Assembly (NCBI GenBank): GCA_002344425.1
Contig: DDTV01000037.1
Coordinates: 1 to 61,491, forward strand
Direction: 5' to 3'
Source: Candidatus Falkowbacteria bacterium UBA2355
GTDB taxonomy: Bacteria; Patescibacteriota; Patescibacteriia; Patescibacteriales; Patescibacteriaceae
Length of the DNA: 61,491 bases
A model generated the notes under the pieces. It was not told where the DNA came from, made no database searches, and worked only from the letters and a program-made list of their open reading frames with translations. Numbering within the stretch: position 1 is the stretch's first letter; each line of letters opens with the position of its first letter. The position numbers and the translations under genes were made by a program. Below, in pieces: positions 38,719 through 50,435 of this stretch.

Positions 38719-39692
38719 GCGATTCCACAGCAGTCATTTATCAGCAAGTTATCGACCGTCTCAAGGCGGCCGAACGTGTTTTAGCGGTTACGCACATTAA
38801 TCCGGATGGCGATGCCTTGGGTTCACTCGGTTTTTTCGGAGAACTGCTTGCTAGCTTTGGCAAGGTTGCGACGCTTTATTGTGCCGGCCCTCTGCCTAAG
38901 AGCCTTGAATTCTTACCCGGCTTTTCAAATATAATTACCGATAAAAATTCCCTGTCGATGGCCGACTTTGATCTTATAGTCAGCTTGGATTGCGGTTCGG
39001 TCAGCCGCACAAATTTAGCCAAAGAAATCGCCAATCGTTCAAAGCAACAATTTTTTATTGAGATCGACCATCATCCTTCCTTGGAAGGAGCCTCTGATTT
39101 GGAATTGCGTTTGACCGAAGCCGCTTCGACCACTGAAATTTTGTTTCGACTCGCGGCCGCGGCCGATTTAAAAGTCAGTCCGACCATGGCACAGGCATTG
39201 TTGACGGGCATTATTACCGATACGGCGAATTTCATCCATCCGACGGCGACGCCGGATACTTTGGCGGCGGCTTCTTCGATTTTGAGCCAAGGCGCGAATT
39301 TGTCCCGCTTAAGCGATCAAACAATGCGCACCAAAACTCTCGGCTCTTTGAAGCTTTGGGGAATCGCCTTGTCTCGCTTACAACTTAATCCGCGCTATAA
39401 TTTGGCCTTTACGGTTTTAAACGAAGATGATTTGAAAAATTCCGGCGCGGATTATGACAGTATTCAAGGTATTGCCGGTTTTATTTCAAGCATCAAAGAA
39501 GCGGCCGTCAGTTTGATTCTGCGCAATGAGAACGGAATGGTTTGGGGAAGTTTGCGTACGTCTCGGGATGATATTGATTTGAATCGTCTAGCTCGGGCCT
39601 TGGGCGGCGGCGGGCATCGCCGCGCTTCGGGCTTTAATTTGCCCGGTCGGCTAGTTTGCGAAAACGGACACTGGAGCGTAGAATATAAATAA
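38715..39692 (+). CDS. nrnA: DHH-family nanoRNase/pAp phosphatase
   Basis: THINPDGDALGS, IDHH, GIITDT, GGGGHRRASG; infB-rbfA-nrnA order. Confidence 0.88.
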   Translation: MSDSTAVIYQQVIDRLKAAERVLAVTHINPDGDALGSLGFFGELLASFGKVATLYCAGPLPKSLEFLPGFSNIITDKNSLSMADFDLIVSLDCGSVSRTNLAKEIANRSKQQFFIEIDHHPSLEGASDLELRLTEAASTTEILFRLAAAADLKVSPTMAQALLTGIITDTANFIHPTATPDTLAAASSILSQGANLSRLSDQTMRTKTLGSLKLWGIALSRLQLNPRYNLAFTVLNEDDLKNSGADYDSIQGIAGFISSIKEAAVSLILRNENGMVWGSLRTSRDDIDLNRLARALGGGGHRRASGFNLPGRLVCENGHWSVEYK

Positions 39693-39696
39693 CCTT

Positions 39697-41400
39697 ATGT
39701 CTGCTTCAATTCTCCATAAACCTCAAGAAACGCCTTTATTAACGGTCAGTCCGGGCGCAAAAAAGATTTTCAAGGCCATGTATCGCGAGCAAAGCGGAGC
39801 CTCGGCCGTTCTTGATGATTCAGTCTCGCGTTTGGCGGTTTCGGATTTGATTTCGAAAATGTCTTTTTATTATGAAAAGATCCGCAACGCCGTACATTAT
39901 CGAGAAGAACATCTTCTACGCAAGGACGCTATCGCCCGCATCATTAAGCGACAACTTTTAATAGAAAGTCCAATCAAACTTAACGGAACGGACGTCAATG
40001 AGACTGCTCGCCATCTTTTGGTGGAGTTGATTCGCGCCGGCTATTTGCCGAATAATACTTTGCCGGAAACCAAGATTGGCGAAGTCGCCGGGATAATCGA
40101 AAAGTATTTGCTTTTGCGCCGTTTGGCGACCAGCGAAGCCGCTTCCAGCGTTAATTTTTTCGGCGCCGCCGCTAGCGGAGCGGAATTTTCAGGTCGTATC
40201 GACTTGACCAATTGGTTGGTTGGTTTGGCCGCGGCCGAAATAGAAGAATTGATTAGTCCGGACGAAGTTTCCACTACTTTGGTATCGGTGATGTACGCTT
40301 TGCTGGAAAAACGTTTGGAGTTGCCGCCTTCAATGTCGGCTTACGAGCGTGAATTGCCGATCCAGCTTTATCTCTCAATCCATCGTCATCTCATGAAATA
40401 CGATGATGAAATGTTGTCGTTGATTTTAATGCGTTATTTCCACGGTGAATGGAAGAGCGCCGATTTGGAAACAATCAAGCGCATCTCCAAGAATATTACC
40501 GCCTTGCACAAATTAATTCGAGAAGAGCTTGCCCATCCTTTGTTAAGCCCTTTGAGCCGAGTTGTCGGCGGCTATACGGTTTACTTTAATATTCTCAAAG
40601 AGGTTGTCTCGGAGGATCCGGTTATTGTTTATGATGAATTTTTCGATGATCCCAAAGCTTTTCCGCGCCGTATCAAACAGGCCTGCGCTCGGCGCTATGC
40701 CAGCGCCAAAACAAAATTATGGCGTTCTGCCTGGCGCAGTATCATTTATATACTTTTGACAAAGTCCATTTTTGCCGTGCTTTTGGAAATTCCGGCCGCC
40801 AATCTCTTTGGTGAGATTATCAACCCGGCTATTTTGGCGATTAACATTTCCATGCCGGCCGTTCTGCTCTTCTTTGCCGTTGCGGTGACCCGTTTGCCGG
40901 GCGAAGACAATACCAAGCGTATCATCGCCGGCATTGAAGAAATTGTCTTTAATGAAAAACAGAAAACCGAACCGATAGTTTTGCGCAAAGCCATTGGCCG
41001 CAACAAGGTGATGAATTTCATCTTCGGCTTAATTTATACCATTACCTTCTTCATTTCTTTCGGAGCAATCGTTTGGTTGTTGGAAGCGGTTAACTTCAGC
41101 TGGGTTTCGACCGTTATTTTCCTCTTCTTCCTGGCCTTTGTCAGTTTTTTCATTATTCGCATCCGCCGCGGCGCCAAAGAATGGATTGTTGTTGAATCGC
41201 GCGATACAATTTTCCGCTTTATTCTTGATTTCTTTTCGACCCCGATAGTCGCCACCGGCAAATGGCTCAGCACTAAATTTTCCCGTATCAATGTTTTTGT
41301 TTTCGTCTTGGATTTCATTATCGAGGCGCCTTTCAAAATTTTTGTTGAAATCGCCGAGGAGTGGACCAAATATGTTCGTGAAAGAAAAGAGCAAATTTAA
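39697..41400 (+). CDS. Uncharacterised membrane protein
   Basis: 567 aa; soluble N-terminal part (YEKIRNAVHYREEHLLRKDAI) and C-terminal TMs (LDFIIEAPFK). Confidence 0.75.
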   Translation: MSASILHKPQETPLLTVSPGAKKIFKAMYREQSGASAVLDDSVSRLAVSDLISKMSFYYEKIRNAVHYREEHLLRKDAIARIIKRQLLIESPIKLNGTDVNETARHLLVELIRAGYLPNNTLPETKIGEVAGIIEKYLLLRRLATSEAASSVNFFGAAASGAEFSGRIDLTNWLVGLAAAEIEELISPDEVSTTLVSVMYALLEKRLELPPSMSAYERELPIQLYLSIHRHLMKYDDEMLSLILMRYFHGEWKSADLETIKRISKNITALHKLIREELAHPLLSPLSRVVGGYTVYFNILKEVVSEDPVIVYDEFFDDPKAFPRRIKQACARRYASAKTKLWRSAWRSIIYILLTKSIFAVLLEIPAANLFGEIINPAILAINISMPAVLLFFAVAVTRLPGEDNTKRIIAGIEEIVFNEKQKTEPIVLRKAIGRNKVMNFIFGLIYTITFFISFGAIVWLLEAVNFSWVSTVIFLFFLAFVSFFIIRIRRGAKEWIVVESRDTIFRFILDFFSTPIVATGKWLSTKFSRINVFVFVLDFIIEAPFKIFVEIAEEWTKYVRERKEQI

Positions 41401-41403
41401 ATT

Positions 41404-41919
41404 ATGTCTTGGTTTGATATAACAATCATTATTATCTTGGCCGGTTTTGCCTGGTATGGTTTTTTCTTCGGCTTAATCCGCGTTATCGGCGATTTAATCG
41501 GCTTGATTGTCGGCGCCTATGTCGCCTCTAAAATTTATCTGCCGGTTTTCGAATATCTCGACCGCTTTTTGCCCGGTTCTCCGGAGATTGGGAAAATCAT
41601 TGTTTTTATACTGTGCTTTTCGATTATCAGCCGTTTGATTAGTTGGTTGGTTACTTTGCTGGAACAGGTTTTCAATCTTATTTCTATCATTCCCTTCCTG
41701 AAGACGGTTAATCGTTTGCTTGGTTTGGCCTTTGGTTTGATAGAGGGAATTTTATCGCTTGGTATTGCGGCTTATATTTTAACCAAACATGCCCCGGCCG
41801 CCTTTCCTTTGGCCAATTGGATTGAGGGTTCGACCGTTGCCCCTTGGCTGGTAAAAGCTTCAAAAATTTTAGCGCCTTTCTTGCCGGAGATTTTCGGACG
41901 ACTCCAATCTTTTATCTGA
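41404..41919 (+). CDS. CvpA family protein
   Basis: FDITIIII...YGFFFGLIR and VNRLLGLAFGLIEG motifs. Confidence 0.85.
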   Translation: MSWFDITIIIILAGFAWYGFFFGLIRVIGDLIGLIVGAYVASKIYLPVFEYLDRFLPGSPEIGKIIVFILCFSIISRLISWLVTLLEQVFNLISIIPFLKTVNRLLGLAFGLIEGILSLGIAAYILTKHAPAAFPLANWIEGSTVAPWLVKASKILAPFLPEIFGRLQSFI

Positions 41920-41920
41920 T

Positions 41921-42721
41921 ATGCAATTAATCGACACACATGGCCATGTCAACATGGAGGCTTTTGCCGCTGACGCCGATGCGGTGGTTAAGCGCGCCTT
42001 GAATGAAGATACTTTTGTAATTATTCCCGGCACGGATTATAAATCATCAAAACGCGCCATTGATATCGCCAACCGTTATCAGACCGGAGTTTATGCCGCC
42101 ATTGGCGCTCATCCAACCGAAGTTTATGATGAGCCTTTTTCTTACGACATGTTTTCAATGTTGACCAAATTTCCCAAGACGGTAGCCATTGGAGAAATCG
42201 GACTTGATTATTCTTGGCGAGAACTTGATTCCGATATCGAAGGCAAGAAAAAAATACAGAAAGAAGTTTTTTATAAACAGCTTGAATTGGCGCGCCGCGT
42301 CGATTTGCCGGTCATAATCCACTGCCGTCAGGCGCACGACGATATGCTGCCTCTGCTCACTGAGTTCCGCAAGACACATAAGGAGTTGATTCCAAAAGAT
42401 CGGCCTTGGGGTGTTTTACATTGTTTTTCCGGCGATGAAAACTTGGCTTGGGAATATTTTAAACTCGGTTTGATTATCTCCTTTACCGGCCTGATAACTT
42501 TCAGTCAGCGTTGGGACGATCTTATCCGCAAAGTCCCTGAAGATAAGTTGATGATTGAAACCGATTCTCCCTTTATGACGCCCGAACCGCACCGCGGCAA
42601 ACGCAATGAACCGGTGCTGGTCAAATTCGTGGCTGAGCGGATGGCTGAAATCAGGGGAGTCAGTGTTGAAAAAGTGGCTGAATTTACGACAGCCAATGCC
42701 AAACGGCTGTTCAAAATCTAG
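41921..42721 (+). CDS. tatD: TatD family hydrolase
   Basis: IDTHGH, GAHP, IGEIGLDY, IIHCR, LHCF, ETDSP, RNEP. Confidence 0.93.
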   Translation: MQLIDTHGHVNMEAFAADADAVVKRALNEDTFVIIPGTDYKSSKRAIDIANRYQTGVYAAIGAHPTEVYDEPFSYDMFSMLTKFPKTVAIGEIGLDYSWRELDSDIEGKKKIQKEVFYKQLELARRVDLPVIIHCRQAHDDMLPLLTEFRKTHKELIPKDRPWGVLHCFSGDENLAWEYFKLGLIISFTGLITFSQRWDDLIRKVPEDKLMIETDSPFMTPEPHRGKRNEPVLVKFVAERMAEIRGVSVEKVAEFTTANAKRLFKI

Positions 42722-42733
42722 TTCGCGAAGCTG

Positions 42734-42762
42734 TTGACTTTAGCCTCTTTTTACTATACAAT
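42734..42762 (+). promoter_or_regulatory. Promoter of the atp operon
   Basis: TTGACT-17 nt-TACAAT. Confidence 0.65.
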
Positions 42763-42834
42763 CCGTAGTGGGAGCCCATTGGACTTCTGTGGAAAAAACC
42801 AGGGAATACCGCCCTTGTTTTTATTTTTCCCGAT

Positions 42835-43059
42835 ATGTTAAAGCAACCTTGGTGGCAAGAATCATTGTCCATCTTCAGCCGCTTATCCGGCTGGGTGTTG
42901 TTGCCGTTGATTGCCGGAACCTTGTTCGGCCGCTGGCTGGACAGAAAATATGATAGCGAGCCGAAATGGTTTTTTATCGTCATCGGCGTCGCCTTTCTTA
43001 TTTCTATGGTCGGCTTAGTGATTCAGGCAAGGAAAGAAATGAAGAGATTTACCAAATAG
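42835..43059 (+). CDS. AtpZ/AtpI-family protein
   Basis: Two TMs with GRWLDRKY...PKW; first gene of the atp operon. Confidence 0.85.
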   Translation: MLKQPWWQESLSIFSRLSGWVLLPLIAGTLFGRWLDRKYDSEPKWFFIVIGVAFLISMVGLVIQARKEMKRFTK

Positions 43060-43060
43060 T

Positions 43061-43903
43061 ATGACTGAAGTTCCCGAAGTCGGACACGAGGTCCAGACCG
43101 AAACTACGCATGAGCACACCCTTTACGCCGAACCGATTTTCGAAATCGGGCATTTTGAAGTGACGAATTCGCTCTTTACATCTTGGATTGCCTTATTTGT
43201 CATTTTAGTTCTCGGAGTAAGCTTCCGCGCTTCTTTGAAAACGGTGCCTGGTAAATTGCAAAACATCATTGAAATGGCGGTTGAATATTTTTTGGGAATT
43301 TTTGATGCCGTGACCGGCTCGCGCGAGCGTTCGGTCAAATTCGCTCCCTTTGTATTGGCTTTCTTTTTTTTGATTTTGGTAAACAATTGGCTCGGCATTA
43401 TCCCCGGCGTCGGTTCAATCGGTAAAAACATCGTCGAAGACGGCCATGAAATTTTCGTTCCTTTTTTGCGCGGCGGAACAGCCGATTTGAATACGACTTT
43501 GGCCCTTGCCAGCTTGGCCGTAGTCGCTTCCCATATTTTCGGAGTGGTTGCCGTTGGGGCTTGGACTTATTTGAACAAGTTCATCAATATCAAAGCTTTT
43601 CTAGAAATTCCGAAAAAAGTTTTAAAGGACCCTTCGATTTTGCTGGTTAACCCGATTAAGGCCTTTGTCGGTTTAGTTGAGATCATTGGCGAAGTCGCCA
43701 AGGTGGCGAGTCTGTCTTTCCGTCTCTTTGGAAACATTTTTGCGGGTGAAGTTTTGCTGGCCTCGATGTCAGCCATTATGGCCTTTGCGATTCCTATTCC
43801 TTTTCTGTTTTTAGAAGTCATTGTCGGCTTGATTCAGGCTCTTATCTTTGCTATATTGGTTTTGATTTATGTGTCCATCAGCACGAGTGCTGAAGAACAT
43901 TAG
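43061..43903 (+). CDS. atpB: ATP synthase subunit a
   Basis: PGKLQN, NNWLGIIPG, TADLNTTLALA, SLSFRLFGNIFAGE, IQALIF. Confidence 0.96.
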   Translation: MTEVPEVGHEVQTETTHEHTLYAEPIFEIGHFEVTNSLFTSWIALFVILVLGVSFRASLKTVPGKLQNIIEMAVEYFLGIFDAVTGSRERSVKFAPFVLAFFFLILVNNWLGIIPGVGSIGKNIVEDGHEIFVPFLRGGTADLNTTLALASLAVVASHIFGVVAVGAWTYLNKFINIKAFLEIPKKVLKDPSILLVNPIKAFVGLVEIIGEVAKVASLSFRLFGNIFAGEVLLASMSAIMAFAIPIPFLFLEVIVGLIQALIFAILVLIYVSISTSAEEH

Positions 43904-43928
43904 TGTCCAAATCAATTTTGTTAATTAA

Positions 43929-44153
<225 letters not shown>

Positions 44154-44161
44154 GTCACACC

Positions 44162-44222
44162 TGTCATCCTCCGCGAAAGCGGGGGATCTGGTGAGATTCC
44201 CCGGTCAAGCCGGGGAATGACA
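44162..44222. repeat. Palindromic REP/RPE-like element between atpE and atpF
   Basis: TGTCAT...ATGACA termini enclosing hairpins CTCCGC-gaaa-GCGGGG and TTCCCCGG-tcaag-CCGGGGAA. Confidence 0.6.
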
Positions 44223-44230
44223 CTAGATTT

Positions 44231-44728
44231 ATGGATTCATTAATTTCCGCTTTTCATATCGATCTTAAACTGCTTATCGCGCAGTTGGTTAACTTTGCCG
44301 TAGTCTTTTTGATTTTATATTTTTTGATTTTCAAGCCGCTTTTCAAAACTGTCGGCGCGCGCAGTGCGACTATCGCCAAGAGTTTAGAAGAAGCGCGCGA
44401 GATTGAAGAGCGCTTAGCTAAAACCAAGGCCGAACAAGCGGCGCTCATCGCCGAAGCCAAAAAAGAAGCGGTCGCGGTTTTGAATGAAGCAAACCGCAAA
44501 GCGGATTTGCGCAAGACAGAGTTGATTGATAAAGCCAAGGAAGAAATTGGCGTGCTGATTAATCGAGAAAAAGCCCGCATGCAAAACGAAAAAGCCGCGA
44601 CCTTGAAAGAGATTCGCGCCGAAGTCGCCGATTTGATTGAAGCGAGCTGGCATAAGATTCTTGGTGAAAAAATGACCAAGGGAGCTGACGACAAGTTGTT
44701 GGCTAAAATTATTAAAGACCATAAATAA
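44231..44728 (+). CDS. atpF: ATP synthase subunit b
   Basis: AQLVNF TM, KPL...R, long coiled coil; operon position. Confidence 0.93.
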   Translation: MDSLISAFHIDLKLLIAQLVNFAVVFLILYFLIFKPLFKTVGARSATIAKSLEEAREIEERLAKTKAEQAALIAEAKKEAVAVLNEANRKADLRKTELIDKAKEEIGVLINREKARMQNEKAATLKEIRAEVADLIEASWHKILGEKMTKGADDKLLAKIIKDHK

Positions 44729-44729
44729 T

Positions 44730-45131
44730 ATGCCGATTTCAGCTCGTCATTATGCCAAGGCTTTGTTCGAAGTAACTGCCAAAGCCACTAAGCCAGAAGC
44801 GAAATTGGCGGTTGATCGCTTGTTCAATGAATTGAAGTCAAACAATGCTTTGTCCCAAGCCAAGTCGATTATCGCCGAATTTGAAAATTTGAGCGATGCC
44901 AGCGAAGGCATTGTCCGCGCTACGATTACCAGCGCTCGCCCCTTGTCCAAGACCGCGCTCAAAGAAGCTGAGAGTTTGGTGCTTAAACGCAGCCAGGGAC
45001 AAACCGTGGTTTGGAATGAAGTGATTGATGAAGATATTCTGGGCGGCGCTATCATTGCTTATGAAGATTCAATAATCGATTTGAGTTTGGCCGACCGCGT
45101 GTCCGGTTTGGCGGCTCGCATTAAAGAATAA
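44730..45131 (+). CDS. atpH: ATP synthase subunit delta (short form)
   Basis: [22 protein letters not shown]...IDLSL. Confidence 0.88.
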   Translation: MPISARHYAKALFEVTAKATKPEAKLAVDRLFNELKSNNALSQAKSIIAEFENLSDASEGIVRATITSARPLSKTALKEAESLVLKRSQGQTVVWNEVIDEDILGGAIIAYEDSIIDLSLADRVSGLAARIKE

Positions 45132-45132
45132 T

Positions 45133-46650
45133 ATGTCAAAAACCAAAGATTTTATTGTTGAACAGATTAAAGAGCGCATTAGCGATTTTAAACCTAAGGC
45201 GCGCGAATTGACCGTCGGTCATGTATTAAAAGTCAGCGACGGTATTGCCTTGGTCGCCGGCTTGGCCTCGGTCCGCATGTCGGAAATGCTTGAATTCAAA
45301 ACAGATAGCGGTTTTATCTCCGGCGTAGCTTTGAATTTGGAAGAAGATTCGGTCGGCGCCGTCTTGCTCGGCGATTATCAGTTGATTGCCGAAGGCGCTG
45401 AAGTCAGAGCGACCGGACGTATTTTAGAAGTTCCGGTCGGACAAGGTTTAATCGGACGCGTTGTTAATCCTTTGGGCGAACCGCTTGATGGCAAGGGCGC
45501 CATTACCGCCGATGCGCATTATCCGGTTGAAAAAATTGCTCCGGGAGTTATTACTCGACAATCGGTCAATACACCTTTGCAAACCGGTATCAAGGCCATT
45601 GACGCTATGATTCCGATTGGACGGGGTCAGCGCGAATTAATTATCGGCGACCGTCAGCTCGGTAAAACCGCCATTGCCATTGATACGATTTTGAATCAAA
45701 AAGGCAAAGATGTTATTTGCATATATGTTGCAATCGGACAAAAAGAATCTAAGATCGCCGGTATTCTCGCCAAACTGGAAGCGGCCGGAGCACTTGAGTA
45801 CACTACCGTCGTTTTGGCCGGTGCTTCAGCTCCTGCGCCTCAATTGTATTTTGCGCCATACGCCGGTTGCGCGATGGGGGAATATTTCCTAGATAAAGGC
45901 AAGGATGTTTTGATTGTTTATGATGATTTGTCCAAACACGCTGTTGCTTACCGCGAAATCGCTTTGCTATTACGACGTCCTCCGGGAAGAGAAGCTTATC
46001 CGGGCGATGTTTTTTACCTGCACTCACGCTTATTGGAGCGCGCTTGTAAATTAAATAAAGATTACGGCGGAGGCTCGATTACCGCTTTGCCGATTATTGA
46101 AACTCAGGCCGGAGACGTTTCCGCCTATATTCCGACTAACGTTATTTCGATTACCGACGGACAAATATATTTGGAACCTGATTTGTTTTATCAGGGCAAC
46201 CGTCCGGCTATTAACGCCGGTCTCTCGGTATCGCGCGTTGGTTCAGCGGCTCAGATTAAGGCTATGAAAAAAGTCGCCGGTAAAATTCGTTTGGAAGCGG
46301 CCCAATATCGAGAATTGGCCGCCTTTGCTCAATTCGGATCAGACTTGGATGAAGACACTAAAAACAAACTGGAACGCGGCAAGCGTTTGTATGAAGTCTT
46401 TAAACAGGGCCAATACGCGCCCTTGGGAGTTGATGAACAGGTTTTGGTTTTTTGGTCATTATTGAACGGCCATATGGATGATGTTGCCGTTGATGAAATT
46501 CAAGTCTTTGAAAGCGCTTTACGAGCTTATGCCAAGGCCAATGAAGCAAAAACTTTGGCGGCAATCGTCTCGGGAGGAGATTTGACCGAACAAATAGAAA
46601 AAGAATTAGCCAGAATCGTTTCCGATTTCAAGTTGAGTTATGGCAAATAG
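45133..46650 (+). CDS. atpA: ATP synthase subunit alpha
   Basis: [38 protein letters not shown]. Confidence 0.97.
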   Translation: MSKTKDFIVEQIKERISDFKPKARELTVGHVLKVSDGIALVAGLASVRMSEMLEFKTDSGFISGVALNLEEDSVGAVLLGDYQLIAEGAEVRATGRILEVPVGQGLIGRVVNPLGEPLDGKGAITADAHYPVEKIAPGVITRQSVNTPLQTGIKAIDAMIPIGRGQRELIIGDRQLGKTAIAIDTILNQKGKDVICIYVAIGQKESKIAGILAKLEAAGALEYTTVVLAGASAPAPQLYFAPYAGCAMGEYFLDKGKDVLIVYDDLSKHAVAYREIALLLRRPPGREAYPGDVFYLHSRLLERACKLNKDYGGGSITALPIIETQAGDVSAYIPTNVISITDGQIYLEPDLFYQGNRPAINAGLSVSRVGSAAQIKAMKKVAGKIRLEAAQYRELAAFAQFGSDLDEDTKNKLERGKRLYEVFKQGQYAPLGVDEQVLVFWSLLNGHMDDVAVDEIQVFESALRAYAKANEAKTLAAIVSGGDLTEQIEKELARIVSDFKLSYGK

Positions 46651-47569
46651 CAAAGACATTCAACGACGCATCAAGTCGATTGGCAATACTAAAAAAATTA
46701 CCCGCGCTATGGAAATGGTGGCGGCTTCTAAAATGCGCAAAGCTGTTGACGCTACTTTGGCAACGCGCAGTTATGCTAATTTGAGCTGGGAAACCTTGCT
46801 TAATTTAACCCGCGGTTCAGCGGGCGCGACCCATCCGCTATTGGAAAATAGAACGCAGATCAAACGCCAAGCTTTGATAGTCATAACTTCAGATCGGGGA
46901 TTGTGCGGCGGCTTCAATTCTTCCTTGCTGAGCTTAGTGCGCCAAAGCGATGTTTCGATTCCAACCGATATTATTTTAATCGGTAAAAAGGGAGAAAATT
47001 TGTCGGCTCATTATACGATTGCCGCGCAATTCCCTTATCCGGAAACCGGTCTTGATTCCGCGGCGGTTTTGCCAATCGCGCGCTTAGCTAGTGACGGTTT
47101 TTTGAGCGGCAAGTATGACCGCGTTTTTGTCGCCTATACCGACTTCGTCAATGCCGCTAAGCAGACGCCTCGCCTTAAACAACTACTGCCGGTAGTCGCC
47201 GATTCAGAAGATAAGGAGTTGGGCATTATAGATTCGGAAGACCGTGTCGGTTCTAGCCAGAGTTTTATTGAAGCCAAAGCCGCCAAACATAGTCAGCGCG
47301 GACTTTATAATTTTGAATACCTGTTTGAGCCTGGCGCTGAAGTGGTTTTGGCGGCAGTTGTTCCGCGCTTGCTTGAAATTCAACTTTATCAAGCCTTGCT
47401 TGAATCGCTGGCTTCAGAACATAGCGCTCGTATGGCCGCCATGCACCAAGCGACTCAAGCCGCTACGGATTTAGGTATTGAATTGACGCTTTCTTACAAT
47501 AAAGCCCGGCAGTCGGCCATTACCGCTGAAATTGCCGAGATTACGGCCGGCGTCGCCGCGCTTAATTAA
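46640..47569 (+). CDS. atpG: ATP synthase subunit gamma
   Basis: [44 protein letters not shown]. Confidence 0.96.
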   Translation: MANSKDIQRRIKSIGNTKKITRAMEMVAASKMRKAVDATLATRSYANLSWETLLNLTRGSAGATHPLLENRTQIKRQALIVITSDRGLCGGFNSSLLSLVRQSDVSIPTDIILIGKKGENLSAHYTIAAQFPYPETGLDSAAVLPIARLASDGFLSGKYDRVFVAYTDFVNAAKQTPRLKQLLPVVADSEDKELGIIDSEDRVGSSQSFIEAKAAKHSQRGLYNFEYLFEPGAEVVLAAVVPRLLEIQLYQALLESLASEHSARMAAMHQATQAATDLGIELTLSYNKARQSAITAEIAEITAGVAALN

Positions 47570-48955
<1,386 letters not shown>

Positions 48956-48962
48956 ACTCCTT

Positions 48963-49406
48963 ATGTCACAAGCCCTTAATTTTTTTAAATTTGAAATCGT
49001 TACGCCCGAACGGGTCGTTTTAAAGGCGAGCGTTCGGCAAGTTTCAATTCCGACAGTTGAGGGTGAAATTACGGTTTTGCCTATGCATGTTCCCTTGGTT
49101 TCTTTGCTAAAAACCGGAGTTATCGAAGCGGTTTTGGAAGACGGTGGTCGCGATGTAATGGCCGTATCCGGCGGTTTGGTCGAAGTTTTAGCCGATAAGG
49201 TCGTTATTTTGGCCGACTCAGCGGAACGCGCCGCGGAAATGGACGAAGCCGCGATTGAAGCCGCGCATCAGCGCGCCGAAGCGCTTAAGAAGCAAGCTCA
49301 AGATCAAGACGATGTTGAGTTTGCACGCCTAAGCGCTTTGATCGAACGGGAAACCGCGCGAACACACGCCTTGAAGCGTTGGAGAAAAATAAAAATAGAT
49401 CAATAA
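48963..49406 (+). CDS. atpC: ATP synthase subunit epsilon
   Basis: EIVTPE, GEITVLPMHVP, VSGG..EV...V.ILAD. Confidence 0.93.
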   Translation: MSQALNFFKFEIVTPERVVLKASVRQVSIPTVEGEITVLPMHVPLVSLLKTGVIEAVLEDGGRDVMAVSGGLVEVLADKVVILADSAERAAEMDEAAIEAAHQRAEALKKQAQDQDDVEFARLSALIERETARTHALKRWRKIKIDQ

Positions 49407-49452
49407 ATAGTTCATTTAAACAATAATCCAATAACAAAAATTAAATTCACGC

Positions 49453-50244
49453 ATGTTAAAAGAAACAAATTTGAAAAAAGACAATTCCTTAGATTTATTG
49501 TGGGAGAAATCAAACGAGTCTTTTTTTATTAGCCAATTGAGAAAGGGCCAAGCGCCTCATTCAATAATAGAGAGTCAATATAGTCCCGACAGGGCGGTGG
49601 CTCCCTATGAAATTCAATGTTCCGATGGACGCTGTCCGCATCATGGCAATGAGCTTTCAATCGCCGGTTCCGGAATTTTATTGTCCGACGCTGAATTCAA
49701 AGCCATGATCGAACAAAATCCCAGCCTAAGAGTCTTAACCAGCCACAGTGAATGCGGTGCGGGCAAGTTGGCTTTTGCCAAAGCCCAGGCAGCGGGAACT
49801 GTTCCGGCAGGTATTGATAATGCTGAAGACTTTACCAAGGACTGGACGATGAAAAAAGCGGCTCAATACGGTTTGGAGTATCGTCATATCGGAGTTGAGG
49901 AATTTGTTAATCCGCTTCATCATGAACGGGGGATAGTAGTTGATGCAACGGGACGCTTTCATCCTTCTTTGTTTGAAGGTATGCCCAATATGTTTATTTC
50001 CCAGGCGGCTTCATTTGCCGGAAAAGAATATATTGGCGCCGAGGCCGACATCTTAACCAGCATAGGTACGGGTGATCATGCCTTCGGTCCGCGCATTGAT
50101 TCTGAAAATCCTTTCTTAATCTTAGTCGCGGCAGAAGAGCCAAAAACCAAGGATGAATTGGTCAAAATAATAAAGACTTCGACCGAACGTTACGGAGACA
50201 AGGTCAGGGTTGAAGGATTGCTGGCCAGTGAAAAACTTTCTTAG
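49453..50244 (+). CDS. Putative beta-class-like carbonic anhydrase-fold protein
   Basis: CSDGR and HSECGA motifs (Cys, His, Cys zinc triad with Asp-Arg dyad). Confidence 0.55.
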   Translation: MLKETNLKKDNSLDLLWEKSNESFFISQLRKGQAPHSIIESQYSPDRAVAPYEIQCSDGRCPHHGNELSIAGSGILLSDAEFKAMIEQNPSLRVLTSHSECGAGKLAFAKAQAAGTVPAGIDNAEDFTKDWTMKKAAQYGLEYRHIGVEEFVNPLHHERGIVVDATGRFHPSLFEGMPNMFISQAASFAGKEYIGAEADILTSIGTGDHAFGPRIDSENPFLILVAAEEPKTKDELVKIIKTSTERYGDKVRVEGLLASEKLS

Positions 50245-50264
50245 TTTTTAGTTATTGACAGCAT

Positions 50265-50299
50265 AAACGGATGTGTTATTCTATAACCATCCGTTTTTT
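50265..50299 (+). terminator. Intrinsic terminator
   Basis: AAACGGATG-t-GTTAT-tct-ATAAC-CATCCGTTTTTT. Confidence 0.7.
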
Positions 50300-50300
50300 A

Positions 50301-50399
50301 TATTCGCGCTCGTGCCTAGGAGGTAAGACGGTTAACTACCCTCCTGGTTATCCGTTTTTTGATGGGCTATTGTCCGACTCTTAGGCATAATCGCGGATA
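50301..50399 (+). ncRNA. Candidate structured RNA (three-way junction)
   Basis: TATTCGCG/CGCGGATA and GTGCCTAGGAG/CTCTTAGGCAT closing stems with two internal hairpins; G-U pairs favour the + strand. Confidence 0.45.
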
Positions 50400-50435
50400 T
50401 AAGCTATAATATAGGTATTGTTTATTAACTAACCT

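Noticed and set aside
50301-50399. Identification as SRP RNA or tRNA
   Set aside because: No SRP domain IV GGAA-loop motif and no T-loop or cloverleaf on either strand.
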